DNA from: Podarcis filfolensis
Taxonomy: Eukaryota
Assembly (NCBI GenBank): GCA_964270895.1
Contig: OZ185438.1
Reading direction: 5' to 3' (one strand)
DNA length: 64,000 bases
Each line of letters begins with the position of its first letter. Within the stretch, counting starts at the first letter, position 1. The notes under the pieces were generated by a model. That model was not told where the DNA came from and did not search any database. It saw nothing but the letters and a program-made list of their open reading frames with translations. The position numbers were made by a program, and so were the translations under genes. Below, in pieces: positions 39,815 through 53,545 of this stretch.

Positions 39815-39920
39815 TACTTCCTCAAACTCGGGCTTCCAGATGTTTTGAGACGACAGTTCCCATCATGGCTAGGGATCATGGGAGTTGTAGGCCAAGGAGG
39901 GCCAAGTTTGAGGAAGCCTG
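39815..39920. mobile_element. Palindromic hAT-type MITE
   Basis: cttcctcaaactcgg ... ccaagtttgaggaag inverted termini. Confidence 0.7.
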
Positions 39921-40277
39921 AACTAGGATATCAAACCACAGTTTGATCCTGGTTTGTAGACCAGGATTAAGCAGCTATTTCCCAATTCAGATGTAATGGG
40001 AAACTGTGGCTTTACAAACCCCAGAGGTTTGTATTACAGCATACAAGAGAGAAGAGGAGAGGGAAGTGTGCAGGCAAGATGTTAATCTGAGTCTAATAAA
40101 CCGGGCCACTGTGTGTTCAAGTCCTGTTGTTTTTTTAAGCGTAAAACTTTACTTCATTACCAAACAGCTGCTCTTCTCAGGCCTTGGTGAAGCCTAAATA
40201 AAAGAGTTTGTTCATTTCATTTCAGTGGCATTTTCTATTCTGTACTTTTTGTTTTCTTTAGAAATCAGTGCCAGAGT

Positions 40278-40680
40278 GGAAAAAGTGGATACAGAGATGC
40301 TGTTCCCTCATTTGTCTAGTACTTCTCATAATACTAGCACCTGAGGTCACCCAATGAAGCTGATTGTAAAAAGATTCAGTACAGACAGAAACTACTATTT
40401 CACACAGTGCTTCATTAACCTATGGAATTAGCTCCCTCAAGATGTAATAACAGCCACCAACTTGGATGGCTTTATGAGAAGATGAGACAGAGTAATGGAG
40501 GATTAAGCTATTGATGGCCACTGGCCACAAAGGCTATGCTCTACCTCCACTGTTGTGGAGTGTGGAGTTGCTGGGAATCACAAGTGGAAACACTGCTGTT
40601 GCACTCAATAGCTTTGGGACATCTCATAGGAATCTGGTTGGCTACTGTGAGAACAGCATAGTGGACTACATGGACCTTTA
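40278..40680 (+). mobile_element. Old CR1 LINE 3' end
   Basis: ttcacacagtg...tatggaattagctccctcaagatg...gccaccaacttggatggcttt...ggctactgtgagaacagcatagtggactacatggacc; CR1 ORF2 end plus 3'UTR. Confidence 0.75.
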
Positions 40681-43600
40681 GCTTTGGAGTGAGGGAACAG
40701 CTTAACCTTACACTTTAAAGGAGCAATAAGTCAAGTATTATTTTTTAAAGTCTCCCATCATGCCTTTCTTTAAGCACCATGCAATGTTGCTGGAGAGGTG
40801 CCTGCAGCTCTTCCTGAATGGAAAAATAACAAGTCCCCAAGGATTGACCCATGCAGAGGTTCTTGCTTCCCCTGTCTCCGTACTTCCAGATCTGCTCCAC
40901 AAGGATGGACAGACCATCAGGCAAATGCGCAGACTTCCTTGGGAGGCTGGAAAAGCTAGTGAACAGAGTCATCGCAACCTCCCTGAGCATCCCAAAGGCT
41001 CCATAGATCCGTCTCGGTTTTCCCTATGACCTTTTAATATAAGTGTTTCTGCAACAATAGACCTCTTCATGTTTCATAGAAGTGCATTTTTACATTCTGC
41101 TCCTATTTAGTAATTACAGCCACAGCTATAAATGAGACAAGAAACAATTGCCCAGACCACAAGAAAAATTATGCTCCCTACACTGTAATCCAAAATGCAC
41201 ACAAGGAAACAAAGTTCCAAATGGGCTGAATTCCATTTCAATCCATCAATATGCTTCCAGTGCCTTCACAGGGGGAAGTTCCACCAAGCTCCTCTAACAC
41301 ATTTTTATTGTTATTGTTATGGCACCTTTCCTCCAGCCAGGACACAGAAGGCAGCGCTACGGAGATAAATGAGATTGCTTAGACTATCAAACAGAGAGGT
41401 GACAGGTTTGTTGCGAGCCGGGCAGCCAACCAGCAATGACGCAGCTTTTTCTCTAGGTTTTTAAAATCCGGGATGCATAACAATACAAATGAGCTATGCT
41501 TGTAGTATAAAGAGCTCTTCGCTCTCCCCCGGTCTTCTGCTTGCTTCCTTAGGTAGCAAGACTGGCAATTGGAGCAATAAAAAGTGCTGAGGTAGAAAAA
41601 CAACTCACTCTGCCACTGGGATGCTTTGCAGGTTACGACTGGCAAGATAAATTCTACCATATAACACAATACACCAAGCAGCAAATGACCCTCCTCTCTT
41701 CCCTTCCTCCCAGCCATAACAAACATAAAACAGCTTAATAGTTTTGTAGGGCTTTTCCTGACGCCATATGCAACATGTTTCCTAAACAAGACTGGCAAAT
41801 CAAGACCATTTTTTTAATTAAAAAAGTCCAGAGCTCAGTCATCTTTGTACACCCATGTATTTATTTATTTGGAAATGTTATGCCCTTTATTTCTATCTCT
41901 AGTGTCTAGTTCAGAGGTGGTGGGCAGCCCATTGCCTGCAGGCCACCCATCGTCTAATTTTATGTCATTTTGTTTCCCCTCCTGCTGAGCAACTGCACAT
42001 CACAATTATGTGGCATCAGCCTCCTTTCCTGCATTGTTCAGCTGTTCCCAGAAGATCAACAACATGAGGGAAGGTTGAACCTTGAAAGGGAAAGAGCTGC
42101 ATATCAAGTTACATCTTCATTCACAGTGGAGCTCAATTCATAAACACCACCCATCCATGCATACATACATACATACCCAAACAGCATGTGTGTGACTGAC
42201 GGAAAGGGATGTGGGCTGAAAAAAAAGTGTGGAGTGATTGTATCCATTCAAACACACAAAAACCACACACACTATGAATACACAAAGTCTGTGCAGTGTG
42301 TGAATGGATAAATGAATGAATGAATGAATGTGTATATGTAAGGCTTGGGAAGCCTTTGACTCATAGGAGACCTGTGAAGGCATTTTCCCCAAGTCATGGA
42401 CCCCTGCTCCTCTCCATATTACATCAGGTGTTGGGCAAGTAAGCCACAACTGCAAAGAAGCAATGCTGATCAGCTGTTCCAAAAGGGAACAGATGAGCAG
42501 CCACACCCTCTTTTCCTCACTGCTGGATCATCAGGAGGGAACACCCTAAGCCACCGACAATTAGGCAGTGGGCTGCATGAATTCAGTGGGCAACGGCTTG
42601 TCCAGTTCTTAAGTAGAATCAGAAACAAAGGGCATGTTTGTTGGACAGTATACCTCTTTACTGGGAAATGTGAATACTTCCTGGAAAATGTCCAAAATGT
42701 CATTGTGTACATTCCCCGAGACATACTGGAGAATGTGGAGAATGCCTGGAGAATGAACAAAATGCAATAAGATATGAACATTCCCCAATGAAGATTATTA
42801 TATTGACTGAGAAATGTTCACAATTGATAAACCAACCATTGTTGTTATTATACAAATTAGCAACTCAACACACATTACCACAATCAAATGATTACACATA
42901 TGCACTTACTATCTCGCACTGTAACTAGCCTCAAAATGGCTTACCGTAATAGTATAAAACAACAAAATAGTATACAATAAATGACCATGAACCCTGTTTA
43001 TTGCAAAAAAAAGTCTATATAGATTGACTGAGCACAACAAAATGATCTTGTTTGGAGGGGTCTTATCCATAGTATTTCAGTTACTGTGTCACTTGCCTGA
43101 GATAGCGTGTCTGCTTTCAGGATGGAAAACTCGTTCCCTATGTGACAGTAAGAGGTTTCCTACAAACTCCATATTATTGATGGGAAACGCAGACTTACAG
43201 CAATTTCTTTCAGACCGTTGAAACTGATGACCTAAACTAAAGCACCCACTTCAGATGCATTAAGTATTGACAGAAACATAAACTGACAATACAATTTAGA
43301 GTGGATTTTCTTTACAATGCAGTTTAATGACAATTCGCCTTTCTATGCTAGTATTAAGAAAGATGGATATCTGAATTTTTGGGAAAGGTCATGAAGAATG
43401 TTCTATGGACAAAAAATCTGTGCATTCAAAATTGCATATTTGGAGCGTACCCAAATGCTTATTTTCCTGATGCTGGCATGTTGCTACCTTTCTGCCAGTT
43501 GTAACAAATGAGTAAGGATGAGCAGGTTTCCTTTGTGTCAGCACTGCATCCATACCTTGATTTGCCATCCTTCTGCTTCAAACAATGTCAGCCATTTCAG

Positions 43601-44062
43601 AACTAGAAGAAATTGCTCGGTTTTTAACTGGGCCAAAGTGGCTGGAGGCAACACTGTCCCAATACCACTTTCTGTGAGATTCTGTTATAGGAGCCAAACA
43701 CTATTCAGAGCTACGAACTGTACGTTTGAGCACGCAGCCCTGGGGAGAGGTTCCCAAAGCAGGCTATTAAGCTGCAAAGTTCAAGCTGTTTACTTTTATG
43801 AGATAGGGTGACCATGTGTCCTACTTTAAAGAAGATAGTCCTCCACTTTAAGACACCTTCTGTTTGAAGGTCTGTCTGTTCCTCCTCTTCCCCTTTCTTT
43901 ATTCCCTGTGTTTGAAAGCCTTTCTCTGCCATGGCAAGCTACGGCTGTTGTGCAGGCATTCTGCCTTGGCATTTTAGGGGGCAGTGGATACCCTTCTCTC
44001 ATTGAGCTGATGACATTTCCACCAGCAATCACAAAACATTTCAATTAATAGTAATTGACATA

Positions 44063-44299
44063 CAGTGGTACCTTAGTTTTCGAACGTCTCTGTTGACAAA
44101 CATTTCAGTTTCCGAACGCCGTAAACCTGGAAGTAAATGCTTCGGTTTTCGAACACGCCTCGGAAGCCGAACATTACACAAGGCTTCCATATTGAGATTT
44201 CCGTATTGAGGCTTCCATATTGAATTTTTGGTTTTCAAACATTTCAGAACACAAACAGTCTTCCTGAATGGATTACGTTTGAAAACCGAGGTACCACTG
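44063..44299. mobile_element. Tc1/mariner (Tigger-like) MITE
   Basis: TA|CAGTGGTACCT ... AGGTACCACTG|TA. Confidence 0.9.
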
Positions 44300-44854
44300 T
44301 ATCGTATTATTGAGCATACCATAAAATTAAACAAACCCACTAATAATTTGTGCTAAGGTCCAACAATTTAAGAGTTTTGGAATTCTGATGAAAACAATAA
44401 AAGATATTAAATAGAACATTTAAGAAGGCAGAAACCCCTGCTAGACCATGCAGCCATGTGCCAGAGAGAAAAGCTAGGGCCAGGGGTGCTTCCACACCTG
44501 AGTGTGGATTTGCCATGCTTTGTTCACTCACTTACTTGAAAGGTAATAAGCAGCTCTTTCAATTTATTCTTGATCTCAATGAGAAACTCAATACTAAGAC
44601 CCATCTTGATGAGTGCAAAATAAACACCCTTTTATTCACCATTTGGTCACTGGGCTGGTGGCTGATTGCCAGATTGTTTCATGAGCAAAACCCGACACTG
44701 AAAAATAGTGCTGTAAGTATTTTAAGCTTACAAAAATATCAGGCTCACATTCATTCAAAGGCACGGTTATTCTCGCAAATTCCCACCTTGCCTTAACTTT
44801 TGATTTCATTTTCACATGCTATCCCTGCCCCAGCATTGGATGATGCTCATGTAA

Positions 44855-44858
<4 letters not shown>

Positions 44859-44904
<46 letters not shown>
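44859..44904. repeat. (AG)n microsatellite
   Basis: Direct read. Confidence 0.95.
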
Positions 44905-44908
<4 letters not shown>

Positions 44909-46243
44909 CGCAGATCTATTCCAACCACGCAAGGCCTCTAACAAAAACCCAGGTCTGGTCATCATGACTGAATAGAATTCCAAATGGACCGTCACTTGTA
45001 ATGTGATAACAAAATCAGTTCCTCAGTCAAAGGGTCCTTTTTGCATCCCTTCTTCTATTCCTTTTGTACATGGATATAAAGATCAGAGCCATCTGTCTGA
45101 AAGAGATTTGGAATTCTGATGAAAACAATAAAAAGATATTAAACACTTTCTATCCCTCCCAAATTTGTATTCAGCCTCTCCTTTTGTCAGGGCTGTAATC
45201 ACACTCCCATCTGTATCCAAAGGATTTACGCAAACAAGGCTTCCTCTGTCAAGAAATCATAGCCAGCAAACGCAGTCACAGACTGCTTAGTCGTGTCAAT
45301 TATTGTCCCTGAAAGAAGATGCAAGCTAGTATTTAGACATGTGTCAGTTTTATTTATGGATCAGACAGTCTTGCTGGAGTTTGGTATCATCCCAGTTACT
45401 GAAGCATACGGTATTGTACTTGTGTTCAATTGAGGGGGGAAATGGGAGGGAAGGCAAAGGAATAAAACAAAGTCTATGTGAACGGTAGAATAATAAAGAA
45501 ATTCCTAGATGAAAATGAAAAGGCAAACTTTCGCTTTCGTGCAAATGGAGCATCAAGTGTATCTTGTGTCATGGGACTCCCTTGTTTGTATAGGAGCAGA
45601 GGCCAACATCTGCCTTCCATCTATATTTCTTTGGGGTCTTTTGTCATGGGTTGCTCAGTAGCCTTTTGTGCCCAACTCAGGAATTATCTTAGCCTCCTAC
45701 AGAAACTAATCCTTTTATTCAAGCTGAAGAAGAGACTTCCCCAACCTGAAGCCCTCCTGGTGTTTTGGATTCCCATAATTCCCATAATTCTTGACCGCTG
45801 GCTATGCTGACCAGGGCTGATGTGACCCACCAAACCAAATGAAATCTTCCATCTACATGTTATGGTCAGTTGAGAAGTTGACAACTCTCTGTTTCATAGT
45901 CTTAGGCTCGTGGTGGGCTGCCATTCATGGAAGAAGGATTCTAATCGGCTCGGCAGGTCACAACTTGTACAAGGTTGATAGGCATACATCAGGCTTGCGT
46001 CACAAACACTCTTCCCAGAATATACACAGTCAGAATATATGTCCCCTGTGCCTATTCTTGCTTCTCCAACAAGCTCTCCCCCTCCCCCGATGCCACACAG
46101 TATTTCCTGTATCAAGCACACAGAGCAAGAAACCGCTAGTTTGCATTTGCTGACCACAGTGAGTTACTCACAACAGGTACATGTCCCAACATGGAAGCTC
46201 CAGAACATGCAAATAACTTTCTCCATCCACCTAACCTCTAAGT

Positions 46244-46494
46244 CAGGGGTAGGCAACCTACGGCCCATGGACCAGATGCGGCCCAAACGCCTTCTCAAGC
46301 CAGCCCATGGATGGTCTGGGAATCAGTATGTTTTTACATGAGTAGAATGTGTCCTTTTATTTAAAATGCATCTCTGGGTTATTTGTGGGGCATAGGAATT
46401 GGTTCATTATTTTTTTTCAAAATATAGTCCGGCCCACCACATGGTCTGAGGGACGGTGGACTGGCCCACGGCTGAAAAAGGTTGCTGACCCCTG
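46244..46494. mobile_element. hAT (Charlie-like) MITE
   Basis: TIRs CAGGGGTAGGCAACCT / AGGTTGCTGACCCCTG. 8-bp flanks ctctaagt/ctctaaac (6/8), resembling the NTCTAGAN-type hAT target. Confidence 0.85.
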
Positions 46495-47864
46495 CTCTAA
46501 ACTAAGTCACACCAGGTGCTTCCTCATTCAGTCCTTTTAGTGCCCCAAAGGAGGAAGCTGCATGCCTTAAAGCAGTGCAAGCATGGTTAGACATGTTAGC
46601 ACCCTGTAGTATAATTTAAAGTTAAGTAGATATCTGCATGTGGTACTCTGTTTGCTTTCAATTCAATGCAGGAAACTCGAACCCTAATGGCATGCACACT
46701 TGGGTTTTCTCTACATGGTTTAGATCTGCAGCCCCATTTTTTCTAGCTTAAGACCTGACAATAAATGTGTTGCCTGGGTACATGTGCATACCTGTACATC
46801 TGTTGAGAAGGACACATGATAACACCTTGGTTCCTACTTATATATTCTCACAGTGCCGTTTCCAGTAAAGTTCTAGGCGTGTCTACCCCAAATTCTAATG
46901 AGTTCAGTAATGCTTACACTCCAATATATGGACACAGAGTTGCAGGTTCATCTCTACCTTTTCTATCCGGCTTTCCTACTTCTCCAATTCAGAGTGAAGC
47001 CATGCACACACACACACACACACATCCAGAAAGTGCCTTGATTCATTATAGACCTACTACTACTACTACGATTTGCAAAGTTGCCTCCTCCCCACAAGAG
47101 TTCCATTCCCATCTAGAGGAGCCCCCACTCCAGCCTGAAATGCACATCTCTAAAATGAAATTCATAGGAGCCACAGGCTAGAAGTCGATTTATGTGGAGC
47201 ACTGTGGAGATTTGTTAGTCCACCACATTGCAAGAAGATTTACAGTCATCCTGGTTGTAATGTTTTTAGCACCATCAGTATATGCCTGGAAATTGAACAT
47301 TCATTTAGTGCTAAGAGCAAAAACAAATTTCTAACAAGGAGCTCCAGAGACAAATGGACACTTTACGCTGAAATATTGAGCTCTTAGAAACACTTTGGCT
47401 TCCTCACAGTGGACTACGTATGTTGTGTTATCATTGTACTCTAAAAGGAAAAGAATCATAAGCTTTGTGATAATGTTTTGACAGGGAAAGGTAAATGTAC
47501 ATGAGTGTATTGGATGCTGTTGAATTCCATAAAAATGTGAATTTTCATGACAGTTTAGGAGATTAATTTTTAAAATGTAGTCTAAAAGCTGGAGCTGAAA
47601 ACAGCATTTTGCCCCTCAATGAGCTTTTCCCTTTAGAGCTACTCAGTGGTTTCAGGGGCTGCTTAACTCCTGCCTTCTAACATGTGTCTTGGCTTGTTTG
47701 CCCAAATCTCACAGAACAATTTAGTGTTCAGGAAGCTGTCTAGGTGCATCAGCATTTTCTTTATGGCACGCTATGGTCTTGATAAACTAGGGCCATCCAC
47801 CAAATCTGAATAGTGGGCGCTTCAAGGAAAACAAAAAGAATGACTTTTCACATAATGTGTTCTT

Positions 47865-48230
47865 CAATTATTGCAATGGGATTGGTCTGGAGGTTGCATT
47901 TGGTACAGAACATGGCAGCTAGGTTGCTTGTGGGGCTGAACTACCACCAGCATATATCTCCTAGCTTGCAGGGTTCACATTGGGTGCCAATTTACTATCA
48001 AGGTGTTGGTGCTAACATATAATCCATGTACATTTCCATACCAGCTTATCCCTGAAACATTCAGTAAATTGCTGAGGTCTGTATGCTTGCCCTGTTCTAT
48101 AGAATTGTATTCCCATTGAGATACAGCAGGCTCCTGCTATCTGCACTTCCTGGAAACAGTTGAGGTTTTTGACAGTTTCTGACCCAACGGGCTTTCCCAG
48201 CTGGATAAATGGGTCTTTACCATGAGTGTC
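47865..48230 (+). mobile_element. Old L2 LINE fragment
   Basis: Frame reads ...LVWRLHLVQNMAARLLVGLNYHQHISPSLQGSHWVPI, a degenerate L2 RT C-terminus. Confidence 0.65.
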
Positions 48231-48247
48231 CACTTGTTAGGGTTTTA

Positions 48248-48927
48248 GATTGAGGTTGAATCCTGACAAGACAGAAGTACTGTTTTGGGGGGACAGGGGG
48301 CTGGCAGGTGTGGGGGATTTCTGGTCCTGAATGGGGTAACTGTGCCCCTGAAGGACCAGGTGTGCAGCCTGGGAGTTATTTTGGACTCACAGCTGTCCAT
48401 GGTGGCGCAGGTTAATTCTGTGTCCAGGGCGGCTATCTACCAGCTCCACCTGGTACGCAGGCTAAGATCCTAACTGTAATTAATCCAGAATGTGGCAGCT
48501 AGACTGGTGACTGGGAGTGGACGCCGGAACGACATAACACCGGTCCTGAAAGATCTGCATTGGCTCCCAGTACATTTCCGAGCACAATTCAAAGTGTTGG
48601 TGCTGACCTTTAAATCCCTAAACGGCCTCGGTCCTGTATACCCCCATCGTTCAGCCCGGACACTGAGATCCAGCGCCGAGGGCCTTCTGGTGGTTCCCTC
48701 ATTGCGAGAAGTGAGGTTACAGGGAACCAGTAGTGGCACCCACCCTATGGAACACCCTCCCTTCAGATGTGAAGGAAATAAGCAGCTATCCTATCTTTAA
48801 AAGATATTTGAAAGCAGCCCTGTTTAAGGAAGTTTTTAATATTTAATGCTGTATTGTTTTTAACACTTGATTGGGAGCCGCCCAGAGTGGCTGGGGAAAC
48901 TCAGCCAGATGGGCGGGGTATAAATAA

Positions 48928-48966
<39 letters not shown>

Positions 48967-48968
48967 TT
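48248..48968 (+). mobile_element. L2 LINE 3' fragment with internal deletions and (TTA)n tail
   Basis: Encodes ...LGVILDSQLSM...AARLVTGSGRRNDITPVLKDLHWLPVHFRAQFKVLVLTFK. Confidence 0.9.
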
Positions 48969-49112
48969 ATTTAGCCTTGTTTTAAATTTGTTGTATTTGT
49001 TGTATTTGCGGTTTTAACTGTTTTCAATTAATTTATGTGTATATTGCCTTAAGACAGTGGTTTAGAAGGCAATTAATAAACTAATTGTATAACTTCAACA
49101 ACAACAATTAAC

Positions 49113-49191
49113 CTATGAAACTTCCTACCACAAGGTGTAATGATGGCTTTAAATGGAAATTAGACAAATTAACAGATGATAAGGCTATTAA
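49113..49191 (+). mobile_element. Short CR1 fragment
   Basis: gatggctttaaatggaaattagacaaattaacagatgataaggctattaat resembles 40460-40515. Confidence 0.5.
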
Positions 49192-49290
49192 TCAGACGCA
49201 GACAGATACCAGCAACAGTCTTGATGACTACTATATCCAGGATCAAATGCACCAGTCTTCTGAATCCCGCTTTCTGGTGAACAACAGAAG

Positions 49291-49721
49291 AAAGACCTAC
49301 ATTGGCTCCCAGTACGTTTCCGAGCACAATTCAAAGTGTTGGTGCTGACTTTTAAAGTCCTAAATGGCCTCGGCCCAGTGTAACTGAAGGAGCTCCCCCC
49401 CCACCCCCATTGTTCAGCTAGGACACTGAGGTCCAGCTCTGAAGGCCTTCTGGCCGTTCCCTCACTGCGAGAAGCAAAGTTACAGGGAACCAGGCAGAGG
49501 GCCTTCTTGGTTGTGGCGCCCACCCTGTGGAATGCCCTCCCATTAGATGTCAAGGAAATAATATTCAAGGAAATAAACAACTAGAATTTTAGAAGACATC
49601 TGAAGGCAGCCCTGTTTAGGGAAGCTTTTAATATTTGATGTTTTATCGTGTTTTTAATGTTCTGTTGGGAGCTGCCCAGGGTGGATAGGGAAACCCAGCC
49701 AGACGGGTGGGGTGTAAATAA

Positions 49722-49765
<44 letters not shown>
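49291..49765 (+). mobile_element. L2 LINE 3' fragment with (TTA)n tail
   Basis: aaagacctacattggctcccagtacgtttccgagcac...; same family as 48248. Confidence 0.9.
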
Positions 49766-49768
<3 letters not shown>

Positions 49769-50366
49769 AGGCAACACGTCTTGCAGGGGCTACATTGCAA
49801 CTTGGTGAATCACAACTAGTGCTCAAGCAATGTGAACTTTTCCTAATTTCACCCAATCAGCACCTACACTTACAGGATGACGTCCCACAGGCTTCAAGAA
49901 CACGATGCCTCACTGCAAAGTCATACAGCTAATATAGAACCTTTAAAAATAATAGAAATATGTAATACTATTGACCTATTCTTCATTCTGTATTAGATCT
50001 AAAGTACCTTAGAGACATGTGCTGACCCTGACTTTAATTTAGCCAATAGTTACCTCTCCAGTCAATAAATCATGATGCTGAGTTCAATGCCAGTCAATAT
50101 CTGCTTATTACTTTTAGAGTAAGAAGTACTGAGCATGAATTTGATTAACGGAGAAAAGCCTGTGGATTCTGCTATAGTTCTGTTAACATTGCAATTTTTA
50201 CAGTGTGTGTAGGAGGGAGGGCTTTTCTAAATCTTCAAAGAAGCACTGGTTTGGAGTGGGGCAGATTACATTTTATAATGACAATTTTTCAAAAATTAAA
50301 GATAAGCCTTTAGGATTCCCGCCAGATAATAGATCTGTAAGTGGGAAAAGCACACTAAATGTGGCA

Positions 50367-50637
50367 TCTCTCTCCAACTGTAAATTCAGTTCTCTGCATT
50401 TCTGCAGGAAAAATTAATAATAACCCTGAAGAAAATCTGCCAGCCTTTTAGTGTGAATTTCTCCTAGTAATCACATTTCTGTGTGCAGTTTTGACAAATC
50501 TACAACCTATGCTGCAAAATTTGAAGAGCAAATTTCAAACAATGGCTGGGTTTTGGTTCGCGTGTTGTTTCGCAAAATGCGGCTTTGGGGAGTTCACCTT
50601 TAAATGGGAGCCAAATCAAATTTATTCTCCATCTCTA
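50367..50637 (-). mobile_element. Old AT-rich MITE (TAGGGATGG-terminus family)
   Basis: Ends ...ccaaatcaaatttattctccatctcta; reverse of 56582. Confidence 0.6.
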
Positions 50638-50753
50638 ACGCATTTGCAGGATCCCACTTCTCATTTTGTTACTTGCTGGTTCTGTGGTTTTAATTTTTGT
50701 AACCCACCTGGGACCATACAGTGAAGGATTGGAGTATTATTATTATTACCGTA

Positions 50754-50797
<44 letters not shown>

Positions 50798-50817
50798 CAT
50801 CATCATCATCATCATTA

Positions 50818-51182
50818 AAAAAGGTAAAGGTACCCCTGCCTGTACGGGCCAGTCGTGTCCGACTCTAGGGTTGTGCGCCCATCTCACTTAAGAGGCCGGG
50901 GGCCAGCGCTGTCCGAAGACACTTCCGGGTCACGTGGCCAGTGTGACGAAGCTGCTCTGGCGAGCCAGCACCAGCGCAGCACACGGAAACGCCGTTTACC
51001 TTCCCGCTATAAAGAGGTACCTATTTATCTACTTGCACTTAGGGGTGCTTTCAAACTGCTAGGTGGGCAGGAGCTGGGACCGAAAGACAGGAGCTCACCC
51101 CGCCGCAGGGATTCGAACTGCCAACCATGCTATCGGCAAGTCCTAAGCACTGAGGTTTTACCCACAGCGCCACCCGCGTCCC
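50818..51182 (-). mobile_element. Sauria SINE (Squam1)
   Basis: (ACCTTT)n tail (aaggtaaagg on +) and head gggacgcgggtggcgctgtggg. CpG-rich and full length. Confidence 0.92.
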
Positions 51183-52635
51183 TCCATTATTATCATTAAC
51201 TACTTGCAAAATATGGTAGAATCTTACAAACAGAGTAAAATAATAATAATGTTTCCTACCAAGTGAGGGTGCTTTTGAAGCAGATTGTCACCGATTTTCA
51301 GAACTGCTTGTTATGGTTAAACATTTTTAAAAAACAAACCTTCTGAATAGACTTTCCTACTCAGTTAACCATATTCTTGAGGGGAAACATAAGGCAGTAG
51401 AATTATTAAAGAGCATGTCAGTAATGCACACATCTTTGTTATGTCAGCCCTTTGCCAAAAAAATGGGGGGGGAAGAGATTGATAGTAAAAGCCACTTAAC
51501 TTTTTTCTTCTTTTGCAGAAATACACCATCTGCTACAGATAGTCTATCTGCCTGTGTTTGATGAATTCACACATATTTTAAAGCCCCAGAGTACCCATTT
51601 GAATGGAAATTGAACACTGCTTGTCACTTGAAAAGCTTTTCTTTCCCTTTTTTCCTGGATAGGTTTCACATTTGTTCAATTAAGTGTGTGTATAAGCAAT
51701 ACACTTTACAAAATTTATCCGCAAAATAGAGAGAACCAAAATAATTTTAGTGGCAGATGGCGCAGCTGCTGCTTTTGCAAAGCGATGTGCGGAAGGTGAG
51801 GGGACTGGAAATATTGCAGTACTAAGAATATCTGCAGCTTTCAAGCTCCTCTTTCATAATCCAGCTGTGCTCAGGTAGAATTTATAGATCTGATCGAAGC
51901 AGGAAAGACAGTTGCTGAAATATTTATAAAAGTGCACTTTGCAACAAGTGAATGAATCACTGGCCCCCATCTCTGGATACATTACGTAACCAGTGAGCAA
52001 AATGAAACTTACATCCCAGCCTTAAGTATGCTTACCTGGAAGCAAGTTCCAGAGAGCTGGACAGAACATCTTTCCTGCTAAGATATTTGAGGATGCATCT
52101 GTGCCTGGAAGAAAATTGAATTCAGTTGAGTTTAACAAGGTGGCATCCCTAGTCACATATGTTGGCTGTGATTAGGGCTGATGTGTTTAGGATCAGGGTC
52201 TGAAGGGATCTAGACTTATGCTCTTATGTGCTTCATGGGGTGGGGGACAACACACAGCAAGCCATTCCTTGCAATGCAAAAATAAAAAGCACAATGTCTG
52301 AGAGTTGACTCAGGCAGAATCTGTTAGGGTAAGCCATGAGGACCATGTATTGCAAGTATTACTATATTGTGTTTTCGTCTCTGGTCTACGCTGTCATACC
52401 ATATATTGTTATTGTGTAAGTATCATTATATAGTTTGCAGTAAATTTGTTTGTAAAGCTGCTTTTTCTGGGTTCAAAAGTGGCCACTAAACCTCCGCTAC
52501 ACACCATTTGCAAGTCATGTTTGCAAGCCCTGATGAGAGCAAACTAAAACATACCCTCCAACATTTCTCCAATGAAAATAGGGACGTCCCATTCCATAAT
52601 GATAATTTTACTATTTATACCCCACACATAATTAA

Positions 52636-53438
52636 TCATCATCATCATCATCATTTATACTCCACCCATCTGGCTGGATTTCCCCAGCCACTCTGGGCAG
52701 CTTCCAACAAGATATCAAAATACAGTGGTCTGTTAAACATTAAAAGCTTCCCTAAACAGAGCTGCCTTCAGATGTCTTCTAAAAGTCTGGTAGTTGTTCT
52801 CTTTGACAACTAGTGGGAGGGCATTCCACAGGGCGGGAGCCACTACCGAGAAGGCCCTCTGCCTGGTTCCCTGTAACTTGGCTTCTCGCAGCGAGGGAAC
52901 CGCCAGAAGGCCCTCAGCACTGGACCTCAGTGTCCAGGCAGAACAATGGGGTGGAGACACTCCTTCAGGTATACTGGACCGAGGGCATTTAGGGCTTTAA
53001 AAGTCAGCAGCAAAACTTTGTATTGTGCTTGGAAACATACTGGGAGCCAATGTAGATCTTTCAAGACCGGTGTTATGGGGTCTTGGTGACCGCTCCTAGT
53101 CACCAGTCTAGCTGCCGCATTCTGGATTAGTTGAAGTTTCCGGGTCACCTTCAAAGGTAGCCCCACGTAGAGCGCATTGCAGTAGTCCAAGCGGGAGATA
53201 ACTAGAGCATGCACCACTCTGGCGAGATAGTCCGTGGGCAGGTAGGGTCTTAGCCTGCATAGCAGATGGAGCTGGTAAACAGCTGCCCTGGCCACAGAAT
53301 TAACCTGCGCCTCCATGGACAGCTGTGTGTCCAAAATGACTCCCAGGCTGCTCACCTGGTCCTTCGGGGCACAGTTACACCACTCAGGACCAGGGAGTCC
53401 TCCACACCTGCCCACCTCCTGTCCCCCCAAAACAGTAC
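52636..53438 (-). mobile_element. L2 LINE 3' fragment
   Basis: ORF 52927-53592 contains LVISRLDYCNALYVGLPLKVTRKLQLIQNAAARLVT...LHWLPV, the L2 RT C-terminus. (ATG)n tail. Confidence 0.92.
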
Positions 53439-53545
53439 AAAAACACATCTTACTGCTTCCAACATATATAAAAACATAATAAAACATTTTTAAAACTTCC
53501 CTATACAGGATTGACTTCAGTCGATCTGGGAGTTGGATAACTCCC

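Noticed and set aside
52530-52550. CTGATGA-gagcaaact-aaaac as a second hammerhead
   Set aside because: It lacks the GAAA box and closing stem II pair, and I see no stem I partner.
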